64,000 bases of DNA, from assembly GCF_009914755.1 (NCBI RefSeq), contig NC_060935.1, one strand, 5' to 3'. How positions within the stretch are numbered: position 1 is the first letter of the stretch; every line of letters begins with the position of its first letter. Position numbers and translations under genes: made by a program. Positions 42,327-55,502 of the stretch are shown piece by piece. This stretch comes from the human T2T-CHM13v2.0 reference genome, Homo sapiens. A model generated the notes under the pieces. The model saw only the letters and a program-made list of their open reading frames with translations. It ran no database searches and was not told the DNA's origin.

Positions 42327-45300
42327 GGAGATTCTGAGATCCCAACCCCTATCAGGCCTTTTGTTCCATGATCCTGATCTGAAAAAAGTGAATCTAGTTC
42401 CCAGTGCCTAGACTTGCTGTTCTGTTATGGAAAGATCTCTATTAGGGAGCATTCCCACAGTGTTTTCAGTCCCTCACTCCCTTGAAGAGTAACTTATCTT
42501 ATGCCTTGGCTCTGTAGCTTGGCAAACTCTTCATGCACCCTAACTCCACCACTGCACAACTCCTATAAAGTCTGAACTTTGATTGGAGGTGATGAGGAGA
42601 GGAAGTGTTCATGCAATGTAGAGAATCTCTTGAAAGCCCACATGACCTTTGTAAAGCCTTATTTTTCAAGAGCTTCAGTGGCAATAAAGGCAATAGTTTA
42701 ATCTTCAACCTGTGGAATCCATTGGCTATCCCTTAGCTGGTTATAAACAAAGGTAGGAAAAAAATGGGATACTACTTATTTTCCTTGTGAAGCCCAACAT
42801 ATGGTTGGAAACATTTAGAAATAGAAAAGGATTGGAATTTGGTAAATTAAATGGCATTTTTACCTCAAGGCTTCCTGTGGGGCCTTGATTATAGGCATGA
42901 GGCTATAGATTTTAGCAACTAGGTATTGTGGGATTTTGACCCTATGTCACGGGGTTGGTTCCTATATCTGTGTGGCTGGTTTTTAACTAGTGCACTTGTA
43001 AAGGCCTTAGCCTTTAGAAGTAAATCATATGGCATTTTGACTTTTATAAGTCACTAGAGTTAACGGCAACTTTGTTTGCAAATGATAACTTTTTGTAACA
43101 TTCAGAAATCTAAGCAAATGCCAACTAAATGGGGTGAGGGGCTTAGTAAACCTGTGCAAGCCATGTTATTTCTGGCAAGGATCTGATCAAAGGAAAAGAG
43201 TCTTCCTGTTACACACATTTAGGCACTGTGGCAGAACAGGGAGGAGCCGAGGGATATCCAGGAAGGGGTGCCGCAGAAGAGTCGTTTGCTGTTTGAACTG
43301 TGTTTCTCAGTCAAGAAAGGAGTTCTCTATTTTAAACTTCAAAGGTAGCTACTTTGCGTTTGTGCTACAGAGCACTGTTATATGTGAGATGCTAGCTTTA
43401 CACTTTTAAACCAAGAATAGTTAGTCCTTGATTAAGTACCCATAATTTTGTTCATTGTTGATATTATTTTGAACCTCTTTTAGAGCCTGGAGAGGAGGTA
43501 GGGAAGAAATAACTTTGAATTCAAGTGGTTTATCCACAGATCCAAGAGTCACCACAGAGTAAATTGCTTTAGTTAATTACGTAAGTTTAGAAAAGGGCCT
43601 TGGACTTTAGAGTTCCAAGCTACAGTTTTTCCCATGGAAAAGCAGGAGATTGTTTTAGTAAACGAAGAAGAAAAACTGAGGGTCCTTATTTTAAACATAC
43701 CATTATCTTAGAATGTTACAGAGAAAAAAAATTGATGAAATTATTATTAACCTGAAGGCCAGAGGCAAAATTTAAATCCTAAAATACTTGCTGTCTAGGA
43801 ATCAAGGCTGCTCAGAGAAATCTAAGAATGGAGTAGTTTGAGAACAAAGAAACAAACATGTTTCACTCACACAAACAGAACAAGAAGAGCAATAAAGTAT
43901 TAAGAAAAATTATCCAAAAATAGGGGGAAAAAATCAAAGAAGGGTGGGTGGTGTTTCCTTTCGATATCATGCTGGAGCATTGCTTAATAGGCCCACCCAA
44001 GGATTCTTTCATTTTCCTGGGGAATTTGCTTATGTTTGTCATTCCTTTTATAATTTTATTAGAGTGCAGACATTGTAAAGTTTCAGGTTAACTTGCATAT
44101 TTCAGTCCAGTAGAGAAGATAATCCAAAAGGTTATAGTTTTATTCCCCTGTAGAACATTAACCAATTTAATACCTATTTTACTTATTTTACTTAAATGCC
44201 TGTAAAATGTCCAGTTCCTCAAAACTTCCCCCTTTGAGTAGCTTTACCATCTTACTGATTCCCTTATTAACAAATGAATGTATATTTGAGAACTAGTCCA
44301 TCCATATTTGCATGAGAGTACTGTTTTTAACTTTCTGAAAATTAATCTTTAACTGTTTTGAAGGTCCCACTGACCTACCCGTGGAACTCATCTTCCAGAG
44401 CCAGTTCAACTGTGTTGCCTAAAAGTACATCTCACAAATTGTTAAAGTCCTGAAATGTCTTTTTTGGGTTCCTGGAGTGATTCCCAAGTGGCACCTACAA
44501 CTTCACCTGTCTTGACTTTTTCTGGTCTTTTTCTCCTGATTTTGTATTTTCACTTTTGTTTCTTTACTTGACCAAGTTTGGCTCTGGGTATGATTTATCT
44601 GTGGCTGATGTGGTATTCCCCATAGACGGCAACAATGATTGAGAATCTGGTTTTGTCATCTGTCCATTTGGTGATCTCTTGGATAACAAGAATCTAGTCT
44701 CTCTAAGGTGAGAAACAGTAGATAATGTGGTTAATTAATTTTTGTTTGTCTTTTTGTCTACCCATGAGCTCAAATAAATATTGTATGTCTTCCAAAAATG
44801 ATAACAAATCTTTGAGATCCAGCCCGGTGAGTGTGTTTTTGTGTTTACTTTGACTCATGTCTGAAGTTATAGAACTGAAGCCATGGGCTCTCTGTATATC
44901 TGTAAGTGAAGAAAGCCTTTACCTCTCAGTACATAAATGTGAAATATTCTTCTACCTCTGGAGTGTATTAATAAATTATGTCACAAAGTATTTTAAATTA
45001 TGTTCTATGTTGTAATTAGCTTAGAGAGAATACGTGCTTAAATGAATCTATTATTTTCCCAGAATTCAGAATATTTTCCTAGAAAATAAACTAAAATTTT
45101 AATATTTTAAATATATTTTAAAGACTATACTTTAAGTATTTTTTAAAAGTATAAAAAGCCCTTTTTATAAAAATAATTAGCCCAAAAGCATTTTTATGTA
45201 AAAATCCAAGTTTACTGAATCAAGGTGAAATTTTTGTTAGGTCAAACTGGTTTGTTTGGCCATTTTGTTTCAAAATAGCCATATATATAGTTCCCCTGAT

Positions 45301-45670
45301 CTTATTAGTGTATTAAGCGTAAGTATATATTTTAGTTTTATAAGATTTGAGGTGTTTCCTGATAAAGTGACTAGTTATTCTGAACTTCCTAAATTTCTTA
45401 TATTGACTTACTGATCAAATTAGCTAATATGACTTCTACATAATCATGATTGTGAAAATTGTAAAATTATGTTTTCAACCAAATTGAAATACAATTTTAA
45501 CAAAGTTTTAACACATTCTATAATGTTTCTGCTTAAAAATAACTTCCAAGATCCTTAGTTAATTTTAAGATGGACTAACATTACACCTAGTTAATTAATG
45601 GCTAATTGTTGGATGCCTAGATAATTTCCAAGTAAGATAGAATACTCCAAAATTGATCACCATATACATA

Positions 45671-45671
<1 letters not shown>

Positions 45672-45767
<96 letters not shown>

Positions 45768-45778
45768 TTGAGAGAGAG
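45672..45778. repeat. Compound (TA)n(GA)n microsatellite
   Basis: Visible in sequence. Confidence 0.95.
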
Positions 45779-47319
45779 TAAGAAACTATATGTACATAGT
45801 TTTTTACTTTTATATGTCATGGAGTGGCTACACCTTTCAGTCATGTTAATGAATATGCTCTTTTTTGCCACTTTAGAAAGGATTTGTGTGGCTATAGGGG
45901 ATTGTATTGTGTATGTCATATCCTTGCAAGTCTGCTAAAATGCTTGTGTATGAACAGACAATTATCAATCACCTACCTCCCAGGTTTTTCCCGTGAAAGT
46001 TGAAGATAGCCAATTTAGTTACAAGTTATAGTAATATGGGTGATTAATACTATGCTAGCAGAGATACTAGTGGGAAGATAAGATTATGTTTGCAAAGTGT
46101 ACTTTAGTTTATCAAGGAAAACATGATAGCGGTTTTATTCTAAACTGAAGTATCTGATGTTTTCAGAATACAACAAAGGATAGTAAAAGAAAAACTTGGA
46201 TGACCTGAATGTATTTTTAAAAATTGAATGCATTTATAAACTTGTAAAAGTTTTCCAGAAATTCAGTTTTGAGTCTTGTCTAAAATAATTGCAAAATTCC
46301 ATCTAATAACTGCAATAAAATGTGTTAAATTTTTGACAAAGTTTGTTATTTGTTATTCATAAGGTAACTTTTAAAGAGAGCTTGTGCATCTTTATTGCTC
46401 ACTATTGTATTAATGAAAAACTAGAATTAGGCTTTCATTCTGTTAAAATTATAATTGATCTTTGTACATTTAGTTTTCTCTCAACAAGAGGTAGAAAATA
46501 GTCTTCTTTACTACCTATGTACCCTGTCCAGATACCTATGTGGGAAGAGTTGTTAGATCAAAGAATAATTTTATGTTAGTAAAATGTCATTAATATAAAT
46601 GTTCACAAATTGTTTGCTTTATGGATTGGAAGTACCTGGAGATTTATAATGTCTTCAGTCTTCATGGTATGTTCTTATCCTCAGGAGAAACATTGATCAA
46701 ACCTTATGAAATAGTTATGTATTGCCCCCCAGTAGAGAATTTTACATTCCTCCGTTTCGATATTATTGATGACTACAATAAATTAACAACACAGCATGTG
46801 GTTAATTTAATCTCACCCACAAATATTTTCTACTTTCCTCTGATGCTGGCTACCTGTTCTGTCTTCAGCAAAGGACAATCTTACAGCCTCATACGAAGAC
46901 CATGCCATGTACTTTTAATAATTGATATTTCAGGGTGAAGAAATTCCTAAGCATGGGCTTCAGAACTTCAGGTTTACAGAGCTTGGGCAATTGTCAGACT
47001 GTACCACTGGCCCGAGTGGGGATTTCCAGGAATGGTTTTAGTTCAAAAGCAGATGATGTCATCAACACAGACTGCTACCCCATATATAGCAGCACAAGAA
47101 TTAATTACAGGGCAGGATGAATGGATAAAGAAGATTTAGTTACGGTGATTTGGCATATTATTTACTTTTCAATATTCAATACTCTGATAAAAATATGGAA
47201 AGACCTTTCTTTTCCCTTTAAAATGTATCTCAAACTTTCAATTTAACCAACTCTGGTTTTGCAAACTAAAATTAAACATTTGTGAATGGTAGCTGATTCT
47301 CAATGACCACTCAGAATTT

Positions 47320-47544
47320 AGAAATGATTTTGATGCTTCATAGGCCATATGGTCTCTGTTGCATCTAGTCAATTCTTATGAATATATCTAAATTTTCAAC
47401 ATACTGGAGAGTATATCTAAATACTAAAGTAGCCATAAATTATATGCAAACGAATGAGCATGATTATGTTTCAATAATACTTTATTTATGAAAACAGGTG
47501 ATGGGCCTGATTTGACCCAGTGGGCCACAGTTTGTCAACATGTG
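47320..47544 (+). mobile_element. MER58A (hAT-Charlie)
   Basis: ggccatatggtctctgttgca...agccata...aacgaatgagc...actttattta...gggccacagtttg. Confidence 0.8.
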
Positions 47545-49249
47545 ATCTAAAGCATCCTAAAATTTTTCTATTTGCTACCCTGGGACCTTGATTATTTCAG
47601 GGCCAACCTAATTTCCAAGTCCAAGGTATATGAAGCATAAGCTTTCTTTGGAGGACTTTTTAATGGGCCTTTGGATTGGTGAAACCATTTTCTTTTACCT
47701 CTGTCTAATTGGATATTTTATCTCCTATGTGGTAGAGGCTAACAGGCACCAGTCATCTTCTACCCAAGTTGGAATTAAGAGAGAAACACCTAAGTTAGAC
47801 AAGTAGGGATTAAAATGTCAGTTTTATTATAGATAAAATCCATTTCAGAGAATCCAGCTGAGGTTTACAGCTAGTGACTATGCAAGTAATTTATTCTGAA
47901 TTAAACAGACCTGCTCACCCAATCACAAGCACATCTGGACACAGGCCTCTCCACATGGACCTATGTCGGTAAAAGCTAGAGTGCAAAGCAACAAGGATGT
48001 GTTCGCTCTGCAGCAATATCTCAGGAGATGAGGAAGGAAGGTGCTGAATTATGCATCCCCAAGTTTATCTCCCAAATTCTCAATTGGAAAATATTATTCC
48101 TTCTTCCCTGGAGAGGTTTGAGTTGGGAGACTAAAAAGCCAGGAGTATTTCTCTGCTACAGACTTATCCATAATGAAATACAAACACAGGGTGGAAAGAA
48201 AGGTTTCCCTCCAACACCTAAATAACTTCTTACTCTTTTACTCCCTTGATTAAAATGTTAAATGACCCCTCTTTCCTCAAAAGAAAAAAAAAATCAGTTC
48301 TGATATCTTATCCTGGTATTAAACATGCTTCACTCTCTGGCACTAGACTACTACTACCTAGTATGACTCTCCTCTCTGGCCAGGTAAGTCTGTTTATAAC
48401 CTCTGTAAGATGACACTTAAATTTTGCCTCCTTGCCTTTGCCAAGGCCATTGCTTCCACCTGGAATGCACTCTTTAATTGTTTTACTTGATTCATATCTA
48501 TCTTTCAGCGCCCAGCTCTAGCCTCTGTGAAGCCTTCCTGGATCACTCTAGTTCTCAAAGCCCTCTCTGCCCTTGAACTACTAAAGTCCTTACTGTCTGT
48601 ATCTTAGGCATTTGCAGTTGGTGTTGTTAATTTTGCATAATTATATCCTATCTCCAAATTGAGATGTTCAGTTCTTTGAGGATCAGAAACATTTGTTAGG
48701 CATCTTTATACCCTCAAAGCAACTAGCACAGTGATTTCACATAATGTAAGGGTTCATATGTTTGCTCATGTGTTATATACCCTTTAAAATAATTTATTAA
48801 ATAATTATTTAATTACTTATGTTATGTTATAAATATATAACAACAACGACTTCTCACTAATCCAGACTAGCTCCATTAGTAAAAGTTAATGAGGATGTGC
48901 TCTATTCAGAATACGTTTCATGTGTTTTTGTGCTGCTGTTGCCTAGAACCATGAAACAGATTTGTAGTTGGTTGTTTCCAGTCCTGAGGAAATGTGGGCT
49001 TGCTGAGCTTCTGAACTACATCCTTCTTGTGAGCAGCTTAGATTTCAAGGTTACGTGCTTCCAGAAATAGAAAGGGAGTATTTAGATTCTTTCCTTCCCT
49101 GTCAAGAAACTCTGTTGAATCATCTTTTGGCAATAATGCCAAAGTAATTTGTAAGCGTTAGAACATTTGTGCAGACAGCATAAGTTCCTTCAAATAATGC
49201 AGTTGCATAAAGCAGTAATGTTAATTAGTCAAAGCAACTTTTTTAAAAT

Positions 49250-49725
49250 CAGTAGTTCTATGCACATGTGACACCACCTTGGTAAAAAGAGCTTTAGAAA
49301 TTTGAAGAAAATTTTGAGTTGTCCCAATATCGAGAGGGGATGCCACTGTCACTTATTGTGAAATAGCTAGGGATGCTAGATGTCCTGCAACGTGTAAGGC
49401 ATTCTCATGCAGTGAAAAATTGCCCCACATTCTAACTGGTCTTCAAATGTCCCTCCATACATTTATGTGGATGAAAACTATTTAAACTTATCTGAGCCTA
49501 ACACTTAATGCCATTTACATATAAACACCTAGGATCTAGTTTTTGTACAGTTTAAATACATGATTTTGTACAGTTTGAATTTTTGCAACTGTTATGTAAA
49601 TCAAAGAAAGATTACGTTTTGTCTCATATGGAAATTTAACAAGCTTCATTTATCATTGTGAAAAATCATGTTACCAGTGGAAGTACCACTTTTGGTATTT
49701 GAATACCCATTGCAATACACCCATC
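49250..49725 (+). mobile_element. MER20B (hAT-Charlie) fragment
   Basis: cagtagttct...agggatgctagatgtcctgcaa...tatctgagccta...ttacatataaacac. Confidence 0.75.
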
Positions 49726-50010
49726 AGATGTGGGACTATCATCTCAAATATTTCCTCTGTAACGGATTTTCCAGAAAAACCTTTTCTCCAGATGTGTTCA
49801 AACCCTAGTCTATCCTGCTTCCATAAACACTAAATACAACCTCAATTACACTTATCAACTTGGTTTATAATTTTTGTTTATATATTCATGTCTCAGCTTT
49901 TAAACTGAGAACAACTTAAGAGCAAGGACTATGCCCTATTTATTCTTATATCTTTAGAATCTTAGACAGTACCCAATATATAGAAGGTATTTTATAAGTG
50001 TTTAGTGAAT

Positions 50011-51184
50011 CCATTCATTCATTCTTGCTTTCATTTTATAAAAAATATTTATTTTGCACTTACTATGTACAAAACACAGTGCTAGATGATAAAAATATTG
50101 CAGTGAGCAAATCAGATATGGATATTAATCTTATGGAGCTTAAACTTTAATCAGGAAGAAAAAAAGCATCAGTTACCAATTTTTAGCTTCTATAGAATTA
50201 TCCTAAATGCCACAATTAATAAGTACAAGATGTCCTTTTCGGGTATGAATGAAGAAATGAGGCCTAGGCTGGAAGAGAAATAGAAAGCGATATTTAAGTG
50301 TATCAGGTATCTATTGCTTCATAGTAAGTAGACCTCAAAGTGGCTTAAAATAACAACGATTTAATTATCATTTACAAGTCTGTGGATCAATTAAGAGGTT
50401 CTGCTGATCCAACCCCAGCTCTAATCTCAGCTGTGCTTCCTTATGAGTTTATGGTCAGCTGGGAGTTGGCTGGTCTGGGACAGCCTCAGTCAGGATCCTC
50501 CAGCAGACTAGCCTGGGCTTTCTGGGTAATGGTGGGGTTCAAAGAGAGTAAGCCCAGGCCTGCAAAGCCTTCTGAGACTCAGAATTGGCACAGTCACCAC
50601 TCTGCAGCATTTCATTGACCAAGGCAAGTCACAAGGCCAGCCCAGATTCACAGGGTAGGAAAAGAGACTTCACCCCTCGGCCATGGAAGGAGCTGCAAAG
50701 TCACATTTTAAAGAGGGTAAGAGTGTAGACACAGGAAGGGGTGGCCATTGTTGTAATCAGCAGCACCAAGTTAAGGCGTAAAGAAGGGATAGGAGTCAAC
50801 CAAACAGTTAGCTGAAGAGAACTGTGGTCAGCATGTCAAGGCCCTGAGGCAAGAAATAGCATGCAGTCGTCCAGAAGGCTAAGAAAGCCAGAGCGGCAGC
50901 ATGCTGAGAGTGAGGGGTGAGTTGTACAAAATGAGGCTGGTAAGAAGGAAAGGGTCAGATGTTGCAGAGCCATGTAGTGTGGGCCTTGTTGCGATTTTCA
51001 TCCTTTATCTGAAGAAATGTTTTAAGCAGGAGAGGGAGATGATTAGTTATTTAAATTTTCTCCAGTGATACCAATGTGCAACCAAGGTTGAAACTCTCTG
51101 TGTAAAAGAAAGGCACAACTTAGGAAGTTGTTATTACTTGTTATCCAGGTGAAAGACGACAGTAGCTTGAATGAGTGTAGTTAC
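50011..51184 (-). mobile_element. L2 inserted into the tail of a + strand L2 (~49740-50010)
   Basis: cattcattcattc...cacttactatgt...ttttaagcagg...atccaggtgaaagacga. Confidence 0.7.
50299..50768 (-). mobile_element. MLT1H-like MaLR LTR
   Basis: tgtatcag...gtggcttaaaataacaac...gcaagtcacaaggccagcccagattca...ggagctgcaaagtcacatt. Confidence 0.82.
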
Positions 51185-51224
51185 TTAGTGAATGAATGAA
51201 TAAATAAAATTAAACTCCAAGGGA

Positions 51225-51470
51225 GAGATTTAGGATCCACAGGAAGACTGCCTTGTTTCAAATCACAGCTCCAGCACCCACTAGCTGTACTTGCTGGGGA
51301 AACCTCAGTACATTCTTTCATCCCTTTGTGCCACAGAGCCTTCTTTCCCAAAACGGAGATAGCAATAATACCTACCTTAGCAGTGCATTATAAAAACTAA
51401 TGCATTAATGCTCATAGAGCAGTTATCATCATGCCAGGCAAATGATAGGCACTCCATAAACGTTAACTAC
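51225..51470 (+). mobile_element. MIR
   Basis: gactgccttgtttcaaatcacagctcc...ctagctgt...aataatacctacct. Confidence 0.75.
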
Positions 51471-54400
51471 TGTGATTGTTGTTAAAAGGATGATGTCTGA
51501 GGCAGTACAGTATCTCATGCAGAAAAGCTCTCATCCCAAAATGAATCTCTATTCTAATCCCAACTATACCCTGTAGCTCTGACTGTGCTCATGTGGTTGC
51601 AATTAAGCCAAAGCCCAAGGTGGGACCAGATACTGTCCATTTCATCTCGGCTTGTCATCCATCCTCCTCAGGTCTGCCTGGTGCTCTGACATCTGGCTTC
51701 CACTCATCTGGGGGAGGACAGGGAGAAGCCAGACAGCCATGAATCCTGCTGTCTGCTCACAAATTCGCAGTCTAGGGAGGGCTAGGGGGAGTTGCTGTCA
51801 GGGGATATGTGTAGCTCAGTAGCAGAGGCTGATGCCCTTGGGCTGTGCCAGGACTGGGGGTCAACTAAAATCCTTCCGGAGACTGCAGAACCCAGTCGTG
51901 GCCTGGCTTTCCCTAAAAACTCCCCAGCGACTAAAGGTGAAACACCTTAGAAGCAAGGAGGGCCATCGGAGCCTGAACCTGAGCTGTTTCCATGTGTGCG
52001 TACAGCCTTGTGGGAACAGAGGGAGAGCTCCGTTCTCAAGAAAGGCCATCATACGTAATGAACTGTTTTGACCAAATTACATACTTAAAATATGGCCTAG
52101 AACAAAGGCAGAACACTAATGAATCAGAGTGGTGAGGGTCTTTGAGTGGTAGAATTAGAAATGCTTTTACTTTTTTCTTTTTTGCCTTTTTGATAATAAG
52201 CATACCATTTTAACAATCAAAACAGTGGAAATTTACAAATGAAACTCTAAGTATGTCAGGGAGTTCCCCTCATTCTTAGCCCGTGAGTTGCTTCTTATAA
52301 CCCTATAGTTTAATTCCAGAGAAAAAAGGTTTCAAGTAGAGCCAATCTCAGTTTACTTCACTTAGGGAGATTAGACACATACGTGACCCCAGCCAAGCCA
52401 CCACAAAAACGCCCCCAGCTCTTGCCCCATATCTCCTACACGTCAGCTCTGGCCACTTAAAATTTCTCTTGCCTATTGCTTAGGACAATTGGCCAAGATC
52501 TCACTGGTGATGTAAAAGTTGAGTTGAATCTTAGATGAGACACAGAGTGCTACTTACTACATATAAAGTACTTAGCATAGTTCCTGACTAAAGAGAGATT
52601 TGAAGAAATGTTATTAGCAGGATTTCAGTCTTTCTCGCCAGAACACACTTGATGTTGACTGAGATCCCTGAGCTCTGGTCCTCTGCCTGATGTGAAACAT
52701 AAACAAAATTAAAAGGAAGTCAGATAATAAAAACAGACCCTTGCTAGAATGTCCCTTGTTGAAGTCACCTAGGTGCTATTGGTAGATACAAAGTGTTTTA
52801 TGAGCGATGCTGGTAAGAGCTCTTTTCCAAGTTATCTCCCCAGGCACCTCTGCCTGAAATTGGTGGTGGTTACAAGCAGAGTTTTGAAGAAAGACCTGGG
52901 TCTGGACCCTCTCTCCCCTGCTTACAGTTGTGGGATTCCAAAAAAGCTACTGTCTCTGTTTCTTATCTGGCGCTGGGGCAATGACTCCTGCCTTACACAG
53001 CCATTGTGTGAATACTAATCCATGATGTCATACCGCACATGCCCAAGAGCAGGCAGGAGGCCCTCTCCCTCACTTCTTCCAGGCTCTGATGGAATGGCAG
53101 CTTAGTAACAGCCTTGCTGTAGTCACCCCGTATTCAGCAGAGGCTCTCCTCCAGCCCAACACATATGCACAAAGGCTCTCCCCAGCCTCCTGCCCTGCTT
53201 CACCATTCCCCAGTGTCTTTATCTCCACCTGAAGTTTCACATGTACTTGTCTGTCTCTCCGAAGAATTTAAGTGCCACGAGGGCACGGTGGTTTATTCAC
53301 CTCTTTAATAGTAGCTGGCATGCAGTAGGCACTCTGTAGGCATTTGGAATTAATGAATAAGTAAATACCTGGATTAATTAACTAGTATTTCAAGGGAGAG
53401 TGGGATCCTTGGGAAAGAAGGATAGATTACACCACAGTTTGCTATAGAAGGATGCCTAAGATTGGTCTTTGTCAGTTAATTACTCACTGATATAACATTG
53501 GCTAGTCAGTTGCTCTTGAGCCTCAGTTTTCCATATCTAAAAAAGAGACAATGTCACTTACCATACTTACCTCAAACAGCTAGATGGAGGATAAATCTCA
53601 AACATGGGAATAAGTCTGCTTTGAACACTGTAACTCACCATGTAAAAATGAGAATTTGGATTTTTTTAAGAAACTTAGCAGTTAATTTCCTGGGTAATAT
53701 CCTAATAGAGAAATGTCCCACGTGGTATGGGACAAAGGAGAATGCCTCATTTGGATCCACATCTGATTTTAAACCTTGCTGCATCAACCTGACCCACCCA
53801 ACACAACTTCACTCCCTTGGTCCCAGATTGGCAGGCACACAAGCCCTGAGGACAGTATGGCTTCAGGTCTCCCATCCGCCCTGTCAAGCAAGACGCGCAG
53901 CTTGGCACAGCCAGCCCTGTAGCCAGCCCAGGCCTCGTAATGGGATACAGAGCTCGTCGCTAGGTGCAGCAGAGTTTGCATCAGGCGTTGTCACTGTCTG
54001 GTGGTTGCCTGGTGACCCTAATGGAAAATGAGTGGAGGCAGCCCCTACCACAGAAACCACTCCCTCAGCTGGCAGGCTTGTCGGAAAGCCCAGTGCCATG
54101 GGAGGGGGAGGGGCTGCCACAGAGGAGCTGTCACCCAGGCGCCCTGTGTAGGTGGTGGCAGGGACGGGGAGAGAAGGGCGCAGAGCCACAGGAGGGCTCA
54201 GCAGTGGTGTCTGCTCTCCCTTCTGCATGAATTGTTGCTCATAAAAGATGGGTGAGCCCAGCACAGTAACTAATGCTTATCCCCAGGCCCAAATTTAGGT
54301 AAAAGCACACAAAAAGTCTCATCAGTGGTCAATGCTCCACAGCTCCAAACACAGGAAGGTGCATTCTCAAGCTGTTACGAGAAGCTCACTCAAGCTGATG

Positions 54401-55415
54401 GTATTGACAGCCACAGCCCCCATGCAGGGAAGGCTGGACCCGACACCTGCCCACGAGAAGCAGCATACCTGGGACTGGAGGGACTTCCTGGCCTATAAGA
54501 AGAACACTAAGAGGGGAGGAGGACTCGGGCTGATTGGGAAAACAGATGGTGAGCTCCATCCGTGGGAAAATAAATGACAGCGTGCATTTAAGAGGTTGAG
54601 CCCCAGAGCCAAGCCTGCTGAAATGCCAGCTTATCAAAAGCACAGGAGCACTGTGTGCTAGACGCTCTATCATACTCTCTTCCATCCTGGTTTCTCTTAA
54701 TCCCAAGATAATGTCTGTAGGCATTGGAAAGTCTTGCTTGAGAGACGAAGAAATGTAGGCTCAGAGAGGTTGAACAGTTTGTCTGAGGTCACACAGCTAC
54801 TCAATCACAGGATTTAACACAGGCTTTTCTGCTTTCAAGTCTAACATTCCTTCTCCTAACATCGTGGGAGAAAGTGATTTTCCACCAGCATACCAACTGT
54901 CTTTCTCTCCTCTATTCCCTTTCCCGAATATCTGGCAAGTAACATTCCCCAATTCAATATTATCTTTTTATGATCTTGAGAAATCAAGAATTAAGTTCAT
55001 TGATTTATTTGTTTGTTTATTCATTTATCCATCCAAAAACCTATTTATTGAGTAGCTACCAATTCCAGGCACCAAGCTAGGTGCTAGGGAGTCCACAGTG
55101 AACAGATGTGGTCCCAGTCCTCAAGGAAATTGGAAGATATTTATTTAGCCCTCTAAAAGATAGTTTACAGAATTGTGAAGCAGCTTAGCACAAAAGATAT
55201 ACCAATTACCCACCTTTGTACTGTGTCCCCCCATCACTATTCCTCCTGTGTTTAGAAAGAAACACGATCTCCATTTTATTCCATTCTCCTCTATTCAAAT
55301 CACTTCCTAAGCAGCATGTCAGTGACATTTCCAATCCTGCTAGTGATTAGTGTCTGTCCAATGAAATGGTGATGAGGTTATAAAAAGTAACAAATAACTA
55401 ATATTGTGTAAATAC

Positions 55416-55502
55416 TGTGTGTGTCTATATATATATAGACACACATATATATATACATATATATACATATATATATATATACACACACACATATATATAT
55501 AT
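55416..55502. repeat. (TG)/(TA)/(CA) microsatellite containing a perfect 28-bp palindrome
   Basis: tgtgtgtctatatatatatagacacaca at 55418-55445. Confidence 0.9.

Larger units (their letters stand above)
44353..48040 (+). mobile_element. ERV1 (MER4-group-like) non-coding internal region, decayed
   Basis: Leader-like ttttgaaggtcccactga at ~44356, long AT-rich body, MER4-group-type motifs (gtaccactggcccgagt...gcacaagaattaattac); family not resolved. Confidence 0.5.

Noticed and set aside
49950-50090. Tail-to-tail L2 pair as a miR-28/151-type hairpin
   Set aside because: The arms are too diverged to form a long stem by inspection.
53563-53572. ATACTTACCT, matching the U1 snRNA 5' end
   Set aside because: Only 10 nt, inside a MIR, and the rest of U1 is absent.
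53498-54724. Cluster of ORFs in a GC-richer stretch as a CpG-island gene start
   Set aside because: CpG density is too low for an island, ORFs on both strands reflect stop-codon scarcity, and the longest begins in a MIR.
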